Below are positions 55,472 through 64,000 of a stretch of 64,000 nucleotides of DNA, one piece after another. Every line of letters begins with the position of its first letter. The stretch's first letter is position 1. The stretch is from positions 11,551-75,550 of the forward strand of contig DASQJJ010000006.1 of the NCBI GenBank assembly GCA_035631115.1, read 5' to 3'. The DNA comes from Candidatus Eiseniibacteriota bacterium (GTDB lineage: Bacteria > Patescibacteriota > Microgenomatia > Levybacterales > UBA12049). The notes under the pieces are model-generated. The model ran no database searches, was not told the origin of the DNA, and worked only from the letters and a program-made list of their open reading frames with translations. The position numbers and the translations under genes were made by a program.

Positions 55472-57406
55472 ATGAATTTATCTATATTACCGACAAATCG
55501 TTGGTTTTTGCTTGCAATTATTCTTATTTCTGCAGGTGTTTTTCGCCTCTTTTACATACAGTATATAGAATTCAAATCAGATGAGGCATTAAATATTCTT
55601 CTTGCTACCCGTCCGCTTTTTCACCACCCATTTGCACCTGCATCATTGGCCTCTAGCGCAGGTATTCTCAACTTTCCCCTTCTTAATTACCTTCTCTTTC
55701 CCATTGTTATTTTTTCAACCTATCCCCCAACAATTTCTTTTGTTATTGCAGTGATTAACGTTGCAGCAATTGGAGGCTATTTCTTACTTTTTTCAAAATA
55801 TCATGGGAAATTGATTGCATTCCTTGCGTCTACAATGATAGCCCTTTCTCCATGGGCAATTCTTTATTCAAGAAAAATTTGGGCTCAAGATTTTTTACTA
55901 CCAATGAGTTTTCCCTTCTTTTTTAGTGTGTACAAAATTTTAGAAGGAAAAAAGCGATATTGGCTATTATTTGGCATAAGCAGTCTTCTGTTGTTGCAAA
56001 TTCATCAGCTTGCTGTCCTACTACCTGCAAGTGTTTTTGTAACACTGCTTATAAAAAGAAAACGTCCATTTTGGAGAATCTTAATTCTTGGCATCCTTAT
56101 TGGAATTATTCCAGCAATTCCCTACTTTCTTTACCAAGTAACAACATATTGTGCGTCATGTCAAAATAGCGTTAGTTTTTTTGCGAGATTTTCATTTCAT
56201 GACCTTGCAATTTTTTTACGTCCTTTGCAGATTCTTTCCATAGGAAATTTTCATACCGAGCTAGGTAATGATTTTGCAATTTTTGCATCTGAGTATCATA
56301 TGCCATACCTTATTAGTAAAATTACCTATCTCGCTTATATTCTCATCCCTATTGGGGCTTTTCTTTTTTGGAAAAAAGAAAAGCTATATGGATTTTTTGC
56401 CAGTATCTGCATAAGCATGCTATTTCTTTACTACATACTTGGCATAGAGCCCCTTATGCATTACTACATTTTTTTCATTCCTTTTCTAGCGCTCTTTTTA
56501 GTGTATCCTCTTTATTACCTTCTAAAGAATTTTCGTCTTCGTATAGTAGGCATCCTTGTCTGCCTTGCTTTTTTTACCGGACTTATTCTATTTGATTACA
56601 GCTTTTTTTCACTTCTTTCCAGAAGAGGAGGACTATCCGGAGAATATGGATCTGGATTTATTTCTGGCGAGCGAGAAAGAGAAAATCAGGTTGTCCAATA
56701 TAAAAATCTGGGAAACTATAATGAGATTCTTATTGCCAGCTATACATCAGGTGGTTGGCTAAAAGGATATATGCCTGTTGGAAAAATGCTTTTTCCGCAT
56801 AATGAATTAGAAAAAAATAGCATTTCCTTGGAAAAAAGCTTTGAAAAAGATCCTCAAAATCCCCTTCTTGACCTACAAGTTACCGCACTGCTTACGAATA
56901 ATTTACCGCCAACCTGGCAGGATGTCCTCAATCTCAGGACAAAAGCAGATGCAAAACCTGTATATGTGAATATATATAAAAGTGTTTTGGATGAGTATTT
57001 GTCTTCGTATTACAAAGGTCTCTATGAATCTCCACAACTTTTACTTTTATACCCTAAGCATTGGATAAAAACAGTTTCTAATAACACCACATTATTAGCA
57101 AGTGAAGAAACAATACTATCTATAGAATCATCAAAGCAACCTCCTATCCAACCTATTCTAGAGGGTACAACACAAGAAATAAGCACAATTTCCATTAAAA
57201 ATGAGCATATGACAAAAATTGATTATAGGGACATCACTGGAGTATGGTATGAAACGTTTTACGGACCTATCGATATTGGAGGACGATATTTTGCTTTTTA
57301 CCTAAAACCAACATCTCTAAAAACAGCAAATGAGGAGTCTCGAATTGCAGGAGACAAAATTACACAGGAAATACTTATATCAGCTACAAACCTTTCCCAA
57401 CAGTAA
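55472..57406 (+). CDS. GT-C fold membrane glycosyltransferase (PMT_2/ArnT-like) with C-terminal soluble domain
   Basis: 644 aa; EFKSDEALNILLATRPLF...LSPWAILYSRKIWAQDFLLP; about 12 TM helices then ~260-aa non-membrane C-terminus. Confidence 0.55.
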   Translation: MNLSILPTNRWFLLAIILISAGVFRLFYIQYIEFKSDEALNILLATRPLFHHPFAPASLASSAGILNFPLLNYLLFPIVIFSTYPPTISFVIAVINVAAIGGYFLLFSKYHGKLIAFLASTMIALSPWAILYSRKIWAQDFLLPMSFPFFFSVYKILEGKKRYWLLFGISSLLLLQIHQLAVLLPASVFVTLLIKRKRPFWRILILGILIGIIPAIPYFLYQVTTYCASCQNSVSFFARFSFHDLAIFLRPLQILSIGNFHTELGNDFAIFASEYHMPYLISKITYLAYILIPIGAFLFWKKEKLYGFFASICISMLFLYYILGIEPLMHYYIFFIPFLALFLVYPLYYLLKNFRLRIVGILVCLAFFTGLILFDYSFFSLLSRRGGLSGEYGSGFISGERERENQVVQYKNLGNYNEILIASYTSGGWLKGYMPVGKMLFPHNELEKNSISLEKSFEKDPQNPLLDLQVTALLTNNLPPTWQDVLNLRTKADAKPVYVNIYKSVLDEYLSSYYKGLYESPQLLLLYPKHWIKTVSNNTTLLASEETILSIESSKQPPIQPILEGTTQEISTISIKNEHMTKIDYRDITGVWYETFYGPIDIGGRYFAFYLKPTSLKTANEESRIAGDKITQEILISATNLSQQ

Positions 57407-58658
57407 TTTTCTTTTCTTCATCTGGCCATAAATAGGCTGTGATAAATACAAGGGACAAATATCCAACATGACTATTGTTAAAATACCGAGCAAAATACCA
57501 AAAAACAAATAAGAAAAGACCATAACACACAATAAGCTTACTTACAGTGGGCTTCTTCCAAAAGTACCAACTGAGAAGAAGTAAAACAGGCAGTCCAATA
57601 CCCAATTGCCACAATTGGAATGGATAGTACATATGGACATCTTTAATAAATCCGAGCTGGTTAAGCACCATTCCAAATCCATACCCAGAGATAGGATAGC
57701 TATGCTCGACGTTTCCCGATAGATAATACACAGTGCTCGCGAGAAACGACTTTGAATCCCAAAGATAAAATGGAACAATGCATATTGCTGCAACCAGTAA
57801 AAAACTACTTATATTTTTGATAAATACCATACCCCTTTCCCACATAGTTTTCTTTTCCCTCAACGCATACTGAAAGATAAACAAAAAATATAACGGGACA
57901 AAAAGCCATGTTGACTGCTTTGTGGCAAAAGATAGAGCAATCGGAATTCCTGACCAAAATAATTTTTTCTTCTGGAGTAAGAAAAATCCTACAAAAAGAA
58001 AGGCGTAGGCGAATATGTCAGACCTTCCTTCTAGGGTATACCCCAACATGGCAGGATTAAAAGCAAGAAGTGTTATAAGAAGACGCTTATTTTCTCCTTC
58101 CTTTGGTACAAAATATGCTGTAACCAAAAGAATGCCAAAAAGTAACCAAAGCACTTCCCTGCTATCGAAATATCCCAATGTATGATTTGAAATAATGTAA
58201 AAAGGTAATGGAAATACCAGGTAAACTGGCTCCATAACAAAATGGTATAAAGCTGGATTTACTTCTGTATCCGAGTAATGCCATGCCTGCATTGGCGTAC
58301 CAAAATATGTTTCTTTATAAGGATTTTTGCCATGAATAAAATACCGTATTGCTGCCTCCTGCTGTAGGATTATGTCATGAACGCCATATACTGGAGCTGT
58401 CTGATGTCTTACCACCATACTTGAGTAAAATCCACTTCCCAAAACAACTACAACAACAAAAAAAAGAAGAGTTGTTTTGATAAAAGAATATGCCTTTTGC
58501 GAAATTGCTAAAAGGTCTGCAACAATATATCCAAGAAGCAGTAAGAAAATAATTCCGAAAAGTATGTATGGAGTATCTCCTGACGAAAGTCGATACTGCA
58601 TAACAAAAAATATTACCAAAGGGAAAAGAATAACAGAGGATAAGGCAATGCGATTCAT
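57384..58658 (-). CDS. polytopic membrane protein, DUF2029/GT87-like mannosyltransferase candidate
   Basis: 424 aa, more than 10 TM helices; LEGRSDIFAYAFLFVGFFLLQKKKLFWSGIPIALSFATKQSTWLFVPLYFL resembles GT87/DUF2029 central region. Confidence 0.4.
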   Translation of the reverse strand: MNRIALSSVILFPLVIFFVMQYRLSSGDTPYILFGIIFLLLLGYIVADLLAISQKAYSFIKTTLLFFVVVVVLGSGFYSSMVVRHQTAPVYGVHDIILQQEAAIRYFIHGKNPYKETYFGTPMQAWHYSDTEVNPALYHFVMEPVYLVFPLPFYIISNHTLGYFDSREVLWLLFGILLVTAYFVPKEGENKRLLITLLAFNPAMLGYTLEGRSDIFAYAFLFVGFFLLQKKKLFWSGIPIALSFATKQSTWLFVPLYFLFIFQYALREKKTMWERGMVFIKNISSFLLVAAICIVPFYLWDSKSFLASTVYYLSGNVEHSYPISGYGFGMVLNQLGFIKDVHMYYPFQLWQLGIGLPVLLLLSWYFWKKPTVSKLIVCYGLFLFVFWYFARYFNNSHVGYLSLVFITAYLWPDEEKKITVGKGL

Positions 58659-61123
58659 ATATTTTTACTTCTCTTAGTAATCGTAAAACCTATAAATAGG
58701 AAAAGCAAGCTACCAATCCCGCATAAAACAAATCCTAGCGCAACGGACTCAGGCTGATAGACAAAAACAACAGTATGTTTTCCCTTTGGTACAGCAACAC
58801 TTCGAAAGGTATAGTCTGTTCTTATGAGTATTGTTGGCTTATTATCTACCATTGCTTTCCACCCTGGATAGTCATTATCTGAAAGAAAAAGAAGTGTATC
58901 TTTATTTGTTGTTACGTCTACAACAACTTTTTCAGGTGAGTATGTTGTAATTTTTGCCTTTCCCTCGATTGGAATAGAAGAAGGAGAAATTTTTGGATTT
59001 CGTACAACAACAACCTGTTTTCTCATATTTGTACTATCACTAAAAAGATAGGAAAATGTTTTTTGAGGGTCAGAAGAAATAATATAATTATCAACTAAAA
59101 ACGCTCTTGGAAATGCTGTCGTATTTTCATAGAGGGAATATATTCCATCTGTCCACACTTTTTGAAATTGTTTTTGTGTATCAAGCGCTATAAATGCTTC
59201 GTCTTCATCTAGATTTCTTGCAGCTATATACTTTACTCCCAATAGATTAAGTGCTTTTGTTAGGTATATATTTCTTTGTATTTCTGAAAGTTTGCCAACT
59301 GTGACAAATTGTGCATCTGCGCGAATTACATTAGGTGTATATGTACCTTTATTTTTGGTTGCCTCAACAAATTCTCCATATCGTTTTATGTAAAATGAAT
59401 CGTACCCTTCTGGGGATTGAAGCGAATAATTTGTAGCAAAATTTCTATCTATATATCCTTGTCCTATACTCCAAAATCTATTTACCCCAATTCGCTTAGA
59501 CAGCTCTGAAATAACTGGAGTGGAAGGATATACAAACCGTCTTTCAGAAAAGTATATATACTTTGTTGCAAAAAGAAAAATACTTACAACAAGAAGAACT
59601 ATATAACCAATACTTTGTATCTTTTTTACACTGACATTTTTTATGAATACAAGGGCTGCAAGCAAAATTACCCCTATAACAAAAACTGTTGGAATAAATA
59701 AGTTGTGATACGTAATTATCGAAAACTCTCCTAGTGGATTTGCTTTTTTTTGAAAAATAACAAAAATCCATCCTGCAGTAAGGCTAAGTATAAGAATAAG
59801 AGAAGAAAAAAATAAAGAAATCTTTGCCTTATTTTCCCTAAACAAATCCCAGCCAAATCCTGCCAAAACGGCAAGAGAAAAAGATGAAAGAATAAATATT
59901 CTCGATGGGAGTATTGTTGAAATGATTGGCAGATGCAAATTGTATAAAAGAAATCTGCTTGTTGGTAAAGACATTCCCAGAGAAAGTGTTATTATCCATG
60001 CAAGAGTAAAAAAAAGACTCACTGGAGATTTTCTCCAGTGCAGTAGCGCAACAAGACCAAAGAAAAGACCGACAACTCCTACAAAAAGCACTTGTTCGTA
60101 ATAGAATCCTTTCCCAAAATAATTATATGTTGCAGGATTTCCAAGAAAGTCAGGAACAATATAGGTAATAAGATGCCAAGGGGCAATAAGGTACGTGTCA
60201 AAAAGGAATTTGGCATCCGTTGTCCCCCTTGCTGAATATTTAAATGATTCTAGGTTAGGGAGAATGTGAGGTGCACTAAGAAGAAACGATATTCCAAATC
60301 CTACAATTACCCATAAAAAGGTTTTTATCTTCTTTGTTTGAAACAGAAGAAAAACAGCCCAAAGAAATGACAAAAGCAGTGCGTAGAGACTACTCTGAAA
60401 CCACCCTGAGAGAATAGAAAGCGTACATCCTCCAACAATACAACCAAACCATATAATTCTTTTCTCCTGGAAAAATCTCTGAATACCCAAAAGAATAAGA
60501 GGTAAGAAAAGGATTGAATACACGGCCATGAAAGACTCTTCTGTTAAAACAAGTAATGTTCCAGAAAATCCAAAGGTTACCGCTCCAATAACTGATGCCA
60601 GTACTGACAATTTTAGTGACCTTAAAAAATAATACGTAAAAATACATGCAAGTAACGGTCCTACGATAACAACCAAAGACCATGCATCAATAAAAGGCAG
60701 AAGAAGAAAAAGTAAGGTAAGTGGAAAAAATACCGCAGATTGATACGTTGCCAAATGGGTATTACCAGCAAAGTCATAGGGATTCCACATAGGTAACTGG
60801 AGTTGCTTTAATGAATCTATAGTTAGGTGACGCAGGGGATAGAAAATGCGAAGACTATCAAAGCCTATTGGCTTATTCGCTGGACCATTTGGATATTCAG
60901 GTAGTGGATACGACTTCCATGGTTGGTAAAATGACACGAGTAAATTTCCTGCAAAAGGGACTTTCCCGGTGGTAAAATACGGATAAAAAACGACACATGT
61001 TACAAAAATAAATAAAAGTATTGGAAATAGGTATATATATTTCTTAAACATTTCTATATTCTTTCTTTCGCAAACCACTCCTGTGTTGCATGATACATTT
61101 CTTTTGAAGAGACTCCAAACCAT
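58655..61123 (-). CDS. YfhO-like polytopic membrane glycosyltransferase candidate
   Basis: 822 aa; C-terminal DNDYPGWKAMVDNKPTILIRTDYTFRSVAVPKGKHTVVFVYQP + TM anchor (close to the YfhO consensus); probable true start MFKKYIYLF (~61051), just after the upstream gene's stop. Confidence 0.6.
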   Translation of the reverse strand: MVWSLFKRNVSCNTGVVCERKNIEMFKKYIYLFPILLFIFVTCVVFYPYFTTGKVPFAGNLLVSFYQPWKSYPLPEYPNGPANKPIGFDSLRIFYPLRHLTIDSLKQLQLPMWNPYDFAGNTHLATYQSAVFFPLTLLFLLLPFIDAWSLVVIVGPLLACIFTYYFLRSLKLSVLASVIGAVTFGFSGTLLVLTEESFMAVYSILFLPLILLGIQRFFQEKRIIWFGCIVGGCTLSILSGWFQSSLYALLLSFLWAVFLLFQTKKIKTFLWVIVGFGISFLLSAPHILPNLESFKYSARGTTDAKFLFDTYLIAPWHLITYIVPDFLGNPATYNYFGKGFYYEQVLFVGVVGLFFGLVALLHWRKSPVSLFFTLAWIITLSLGMSLPTSRFLLYNLHLPIISTILPSRIFILSSFSLAVLAGFGWDLFRENKAKISLFFSSLILILSLTAGWIFVIFQKKANPLGEFSIITYHNLFIPTVFVIGVILLAALVFIKNVSVKKIQSIGYIVLLVVSIFLFATKYIYFSERRFVYPSTPVISELSKRIGVNRFWSIGQGYIDRNFATNYSLQSPEGYDSFYIKRYGEFVEATKNKGTYTPNVIRADAQFVTVGKLSEIQRNIYLTKALNLLGVKYIAARNLDEDEAFIALDTQKQFQKVWTDGIYSLYENTTAFPRAFLVDNYIISSDPQKTFSYLFSDSTNMRKQVVVVRNPKISPSSIPIEGKAKITTYSPEKVVVDVTTNKDTLLFLSDNDYPGWKAMVDNKPTILIRTDYTFRSVAVPKGKHTVVFVYQPESVALGFVLCGIGSLLFLFIGFTITKRSKNI

Positions 61124-62562
61124 AACTGTTTTGTAAATTCTTCTTTAGAAAGACTATCTAGTGTGTACAATGCAACACCATTAATATACATAACAGGCAA
61201 GGAAATTTCCTTCTGTGCTTTCTGGGACGCGGCAATACCAATTCGCATTCCATGCTCTTCATCAACAAGGCCATCCATGTCTGCCGTAAGACTTACCCCA
61301 GAGCTGAGCGTTGCGCTTTGATTATGATAGTCATAAAACGAAAATTTTTTATGTGGGTATTTTCTTGTCAAAGTCCGTACTACTTTTTGTCCAAATGCAT
61401 AGGTAGTATTGGTGCTAAAATTAATTTCTTCAAATACCTTTAAAACACTCCCTGTGATGAGTACGACAAGAATACATACCGTGATAATGGCATACTTTTT
61501 ATATACTTTTGTCAAAATGTATCCTACGAGGATAAATACCCAAGGATGCAGATACATAAGATAGCTCTCGTATAATGGTGTTCGGGAATACCTCATAAAA
61601 AATACGGCAATAACTAGTGCAAAAATAATTCCTCCTATTGTCTTACTTGATCTATCTTTTATGAGAAAAAATACTATTGAAGCAATAAGCAAAATTGCTG
61701 TACCATATCCTACAATTGTGTATCCTCCAATTATTCCTGCAAGGGATTTGGGCCAAAAAAGAAAAATGTATGTTTTCCAATTTCTTCCCAATACATCGAG
61801 AGACACGTTGTATTGGTCATGTAGATAATACTGCAGCATGTTGTGTGTATTAAAAAAATGATGTTGCACATCAAATGTTATTAGAGGAGTAAATGGAATA
61901 AGCAGTCCAACTGTCATGAAAAAAATATATTTAAAAGAAATTCTACCTACCATACCTATTCCAATCAGCAGTGGTATGAGAAGAACTCCTTCTAAGTGAG
62001 TATTAACTGCGATTCCCACACTTAGTCCTGTGAGAAAAAGATAGAAAGATTTTTTTGTCGCAAAAAATCTTTCAAGACAAAAAAGAGAAATCGCTGAGTA
62101 GACAGCTATGGGAGATTGATTTGTTAAGTTAACAGACTGTGAAATATTTGCAGCCGATGTTGCAACAAAAAGTCCAACAATAATTCCCATTGTTTTTCCT
62201 CCTATTTTTTGACCAATATATATAAGCAAATATACGCTCGCGCAATACATGAGAGTAATAAAAATCCATGGGGATAGTATCCACCATGGATTCCATACCA
62301 TCCCAAGGATAATAAGCCAGTACCACTCTGGACCCGTAACAAATGGTCCTGCAGAAGAGAATGGACCAAGGATAGGAAGTGTAAAGTGCAACAATGCATA
62401 TCGTGCAACAAGCGCATCATGAATTTGATCGTATGCAAAACCCCAACGCATGTCGTAATGATAAAAACGCAGGAAAATAGTGAAAAGAAGGATGAAGAGC
62501 GTCGCGATTGTATACCAATTTTTTCTAGAAAAGCGAAAAAGCTGTATTATTTTCTTATTCAT
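61054..62562 (-). CDS. GT-C fold membrane glycosyltransferase candidate
   Basis: 502 aa, about 12 TM helices, N-terminal loop LRFYHYDMRWGFAYDQIHDALVARYALLHFTLPILGPFSSAGPFVTGPEWYW. Confidence 0.45.
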   Translation of the reverse strand: MNKKIIQLFRFSRKNWYTIATLFILLFTIFLRFYHYDMRWGFAYDQIHDALVARYALLHFTLPILGPFSSAGPFVTGPEWYWLIILGMVWNPWWILSPWIFITLMYCASVYLLIYIGQKIGGKTMGIIVGLFVATSAANISQSVNLTNQSPIAVYSAISLFCLERFFATKKSFYLFLTGLSVGIAVNTHLEGVLLIPLLIGIGMVGRISFKYIFFMTVGLLIPFTPLITFDVQHHFFNTHNMLQYYLHDQYNVSLDVLGRNWKTYIFLFWPKSLAGIIGGYTIVGYGTAILLIASIVFFLIKDRSSKTIGGIIFALVIAVFFMRYSRTPLYESYLMYLHPWVFILVGYILTKVYKKYAIITVCILVVLITGSVLKVFEEINFSTNTTYAFGQKVVRTLTRKYPHKKFSFYDYHNQSATLSSGVSLTADMDGLVDEEHGMRIGIAASQKAQKEISLPVMYINGVALYTLDSLSKEEFTKQLWFGVSSKEMYHATQEWFAKERI

Positions 62563-63307
62563 GAAATCGGTAGTAAAACAAAGCTTTCAATGCCTTAACT
62601 CCATCACGAATTGTATGAAGCTTTTTTCCTTCATCATAAGACCTTGGAGTTGTTGTTATTGGTACTTCTTGAATTATTAGTCCGTTTTTGATTAATTTTG
62701 CAGTAAGCTCTGGCTCCAGCTCAAACCCTTTTGCATCTAAGTGTAACTTTTTACCTATTTCTGTTGGGAATAATTTATAGCATGTTTCCATATCGGTAAT
62801 CCATTGTCCATACAAAGCGCTTGTTAATAAGCTTAACATTCTATTACCAACATAATGCAATAAAAATCTTCCTGTCCGTTCTTCTTTTTCTAGATGGGGC
62901 AACCTTTTTAATCTTGTTCCATACACTACGGATGTATTTCCTTTTATTAAAGATGCTAGTATTGCAATTTGCGTTGGATTATATTCTAAGTCTGCATCTT
63001 GAATTATGGAGTAATCACCTGTTGCATGAGAAATTGCAGTAACAATAGCAGCGCCTTTCCCTTTATTGTTTTTATGCTGATAGAAGAAAATATTCTTCTT
63101 TTTCTGGGCGATTTTTTTTAGAATATCTGCTGTTTTATCGCTTGATCCATCGTCAACAATAATTATTTCTTTTTCCATATTTGGAATTGACACATCGGTT
63201 ACTCTTTCAATAACTTGCTGCACTGTCTTTTCCTCATTAAATACGGGAATAAGTATAGATAATTTCATCTTAAGAACTCCTCTTAATAACTTCCCTATCT
63301 GACTCAA
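62555..63307 (-). CDS. polyprenol-phosphate mannosyl/glycosyl-transferase (DPM1/Ppm1-like GT2, soluble)
   Basis: KLSILIPVFNEEKTVQQVIERV...KEIIIVDDGSSDKTADIL...QHKNNKGKGAAIVTAISHATGDYSIIQDADLEYNP. Confidence 0.7.
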   Translation of the reverse strand: MSQIGKLLRGVLKMKLSILIPVFNEEKTVQQVIERVTDVSIPNMEKEIIIVDDGSSDKTADILKKIAQKKKNIFFYQHKNNKGKGAAIVTAISHATGDYSIIQDADLEYNPTQIAILASLIKGNTSVVYGTRLKRLPHLEKEERTGRFLLHYVGNRMLSLLTSALYGQWITDMETCYKLFPTEIGKKLHLDAKGFELEPELTAKLIKNGLIIQEVPITTTPRSYDEGKKLHTIRDGVKALKALFYYRFHE

Positions 63308-64000
63308 CTACCATTCTCTGAATTCTTTGTCTTTCTTGCAAGACTTTTCCCAAATGCCCTACTGCGAGAAAAAATCCATATATCATTCCCATATTCCCTT
63401 TGAATAATGCTTTTAAAAGAAAATAAGGAACAAAAATATAATGACTAAGAAGAATCATTTTATCAGTTGCGTTAAGCCACGTAAAGTAGAATTGATTTCT
63501 ATATGCTATTTTTGTAACGCTAAAAGGGGTGTAATTCTTCTTTATAGATCCTCTGTCGTGTTCGTGACGAACAACACTCTCTTTCTCAAATACAACAGTA
63601 TACCCTGCTTTTTGAGCCCTGTAAGAAAGATCTATATCTTCCCAATAAAATGGGTTATATAATTCATTTAGTCCTCCAATTTTGTCCCAGATTTCTTTTT
63701 TAAATGCACCGCTTCCACATGATACCCAAAGGGTTGTTTTTTTATCTAATTCTCCTGGACCATGAATAAGAAATCCTTTGCGCCATTTTCCAACACCTCT
63801 TCCGCGTAATACAACTTTTTCATTTTCTATACTTTCATCCATACAGCCAACGGCAAAAACCTTTTTGTCGGAAAAATGCTGAAGAAGGGGGAAAAGAAAG
63901 TCTTTACGTGGGACAACATCTGTATTAAGAAGAATAAGTATATCTCCACTTGCTTTCGCAACACCCTTATTGACATTTCCCGAAAACCCCTTATTCTTCC
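63270..64000 (-). CDS. glycosyltransferase family 2, 5-prime partial (runs off window end)
   Basis: Reading frame stays open upstream of the first Met (63842) to the window edge. The upstream part translates to ...GFSGNVNKGVAKASGDILILLNTDVVPRKDFL..., a GT-A N-domain, and continues into SCGSGAFKKEIWDKIGGLNELYNPFYWEDIDLSYRAQKAGY. Confidence 0.65.
   Translation of the reverse strand, partial: KNKGFSGNVNKGVAKASGDILILLNTDVVPRKDFLFPLLQHFSDKKVFAVGCMDESIENEKVVLRGRGVGKWRKGFLIHGPGELDKKTTLWVSCGSGAFKKEIWDKIGGLNELYNPFYWEDIDLSYRAQKAGYTVVFEKESVVRHEHDRGSIKKNYTPFSVTKIAYRNQFYFTWLNATDKMILLSHYIFVPYFLLKALFKGNMGMIYGFFLAVGHLGKVLQERQRIQRMVVESDREVIKRSS

Noticed and set aside
96-64000. Looked for transposase, integrase, phage, toxin-antitoxin or restriction-modification genes that would mark a mobile or defence island
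   Set aside because: None of the ORFs shows DDE/tyrosine-recombinase, HEPN/PIN, or methyltransferase-endonuclease pairings. The two methyltransferases are small class-I SAM enzymes inside sugar-tailoring contexts, not DNA MTases (no DPPY/PCQ motifs seen). Composition appears uniform across the window, so I do not call it a horizontally acquired island.

Overview
This is an AT-rich window, roughly one-third GC by eye. Almost all of it is one very large cell-envelope glycan assembly and glycosylation supercluster.

The left edge carries recO, followed by a DUF4012-like membrane protein. The supercluster components are:
- an initiating polyprenyl-phosphate sugar phosphotransferase;
- GDP-mannose pyrophosphorylase;
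- about 11 GT4 and about 10 GT2 soluble glycosyltransferases;
- at least three or four polyprenol-phosphate sugar synthase-like GT2s (GtrB/DPM1/Alg5-like), one with a small DUF2304-like membrane partner;
- a Wzx-like flippase;
- an O-antigen-ligase-like domain fused to a GT-C domain in a 1033-aa protein;
- eight or nine further PMT/ArnT-like GT-C membrane glycosyltransferases, including a tandem triplication;
- five or six large YfhO-like polytopic proteins carrying the characteristic C-terminal 'PGW..(V/Y)DGK' beta domain plus a TM anchor;
- sugar-nucleotide tailoring enzymes: GalE, three further SDR epimerase/dehydratases including a CDP-tyvelose-2-epimerase-like enzyme, and an FdtA-like cupin;
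- two class-I methyltransferases, a hexapeptide acetyltransferase, an APH-fold kinase and a sulfotransferase-like protein;
- a split transketolase pair.

Gene organisation is as follows:
- Genes are overwhelmingly on the minus strand, in three co-directional blocks (>64000..57384, 55392..34055, and 31826..96).
- Junctions are tight, often 1-4 bp or overlapping, which fits long translationally coupled operons.

I found no rRNA, tRNA, CRISPR array, transposase or integrase.

The least expected signal is a family of AT-rich heptanucleotide repeat tracts, (ATTTGAA)/(TTGAAAA), repeated four times. They sit in-frame inside three unrelated minus-strand glycosylation genes. One tract lies at codons 4-13 of a GT-C gene, and two of the tracts share a roughly 40-bp near-identical core. 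Because 7 is not divisible by 3, these are candidate slipped-strand phase-variation switches, or else in-frame mini-insertions.

Host assignment is inference only. It is probably an uncultivated low-GC bacterium; the abundance of GT-C and DUF4012 genes is reminiscent of CPR/Patescibacteria, but that cannot be confirmed without a search.
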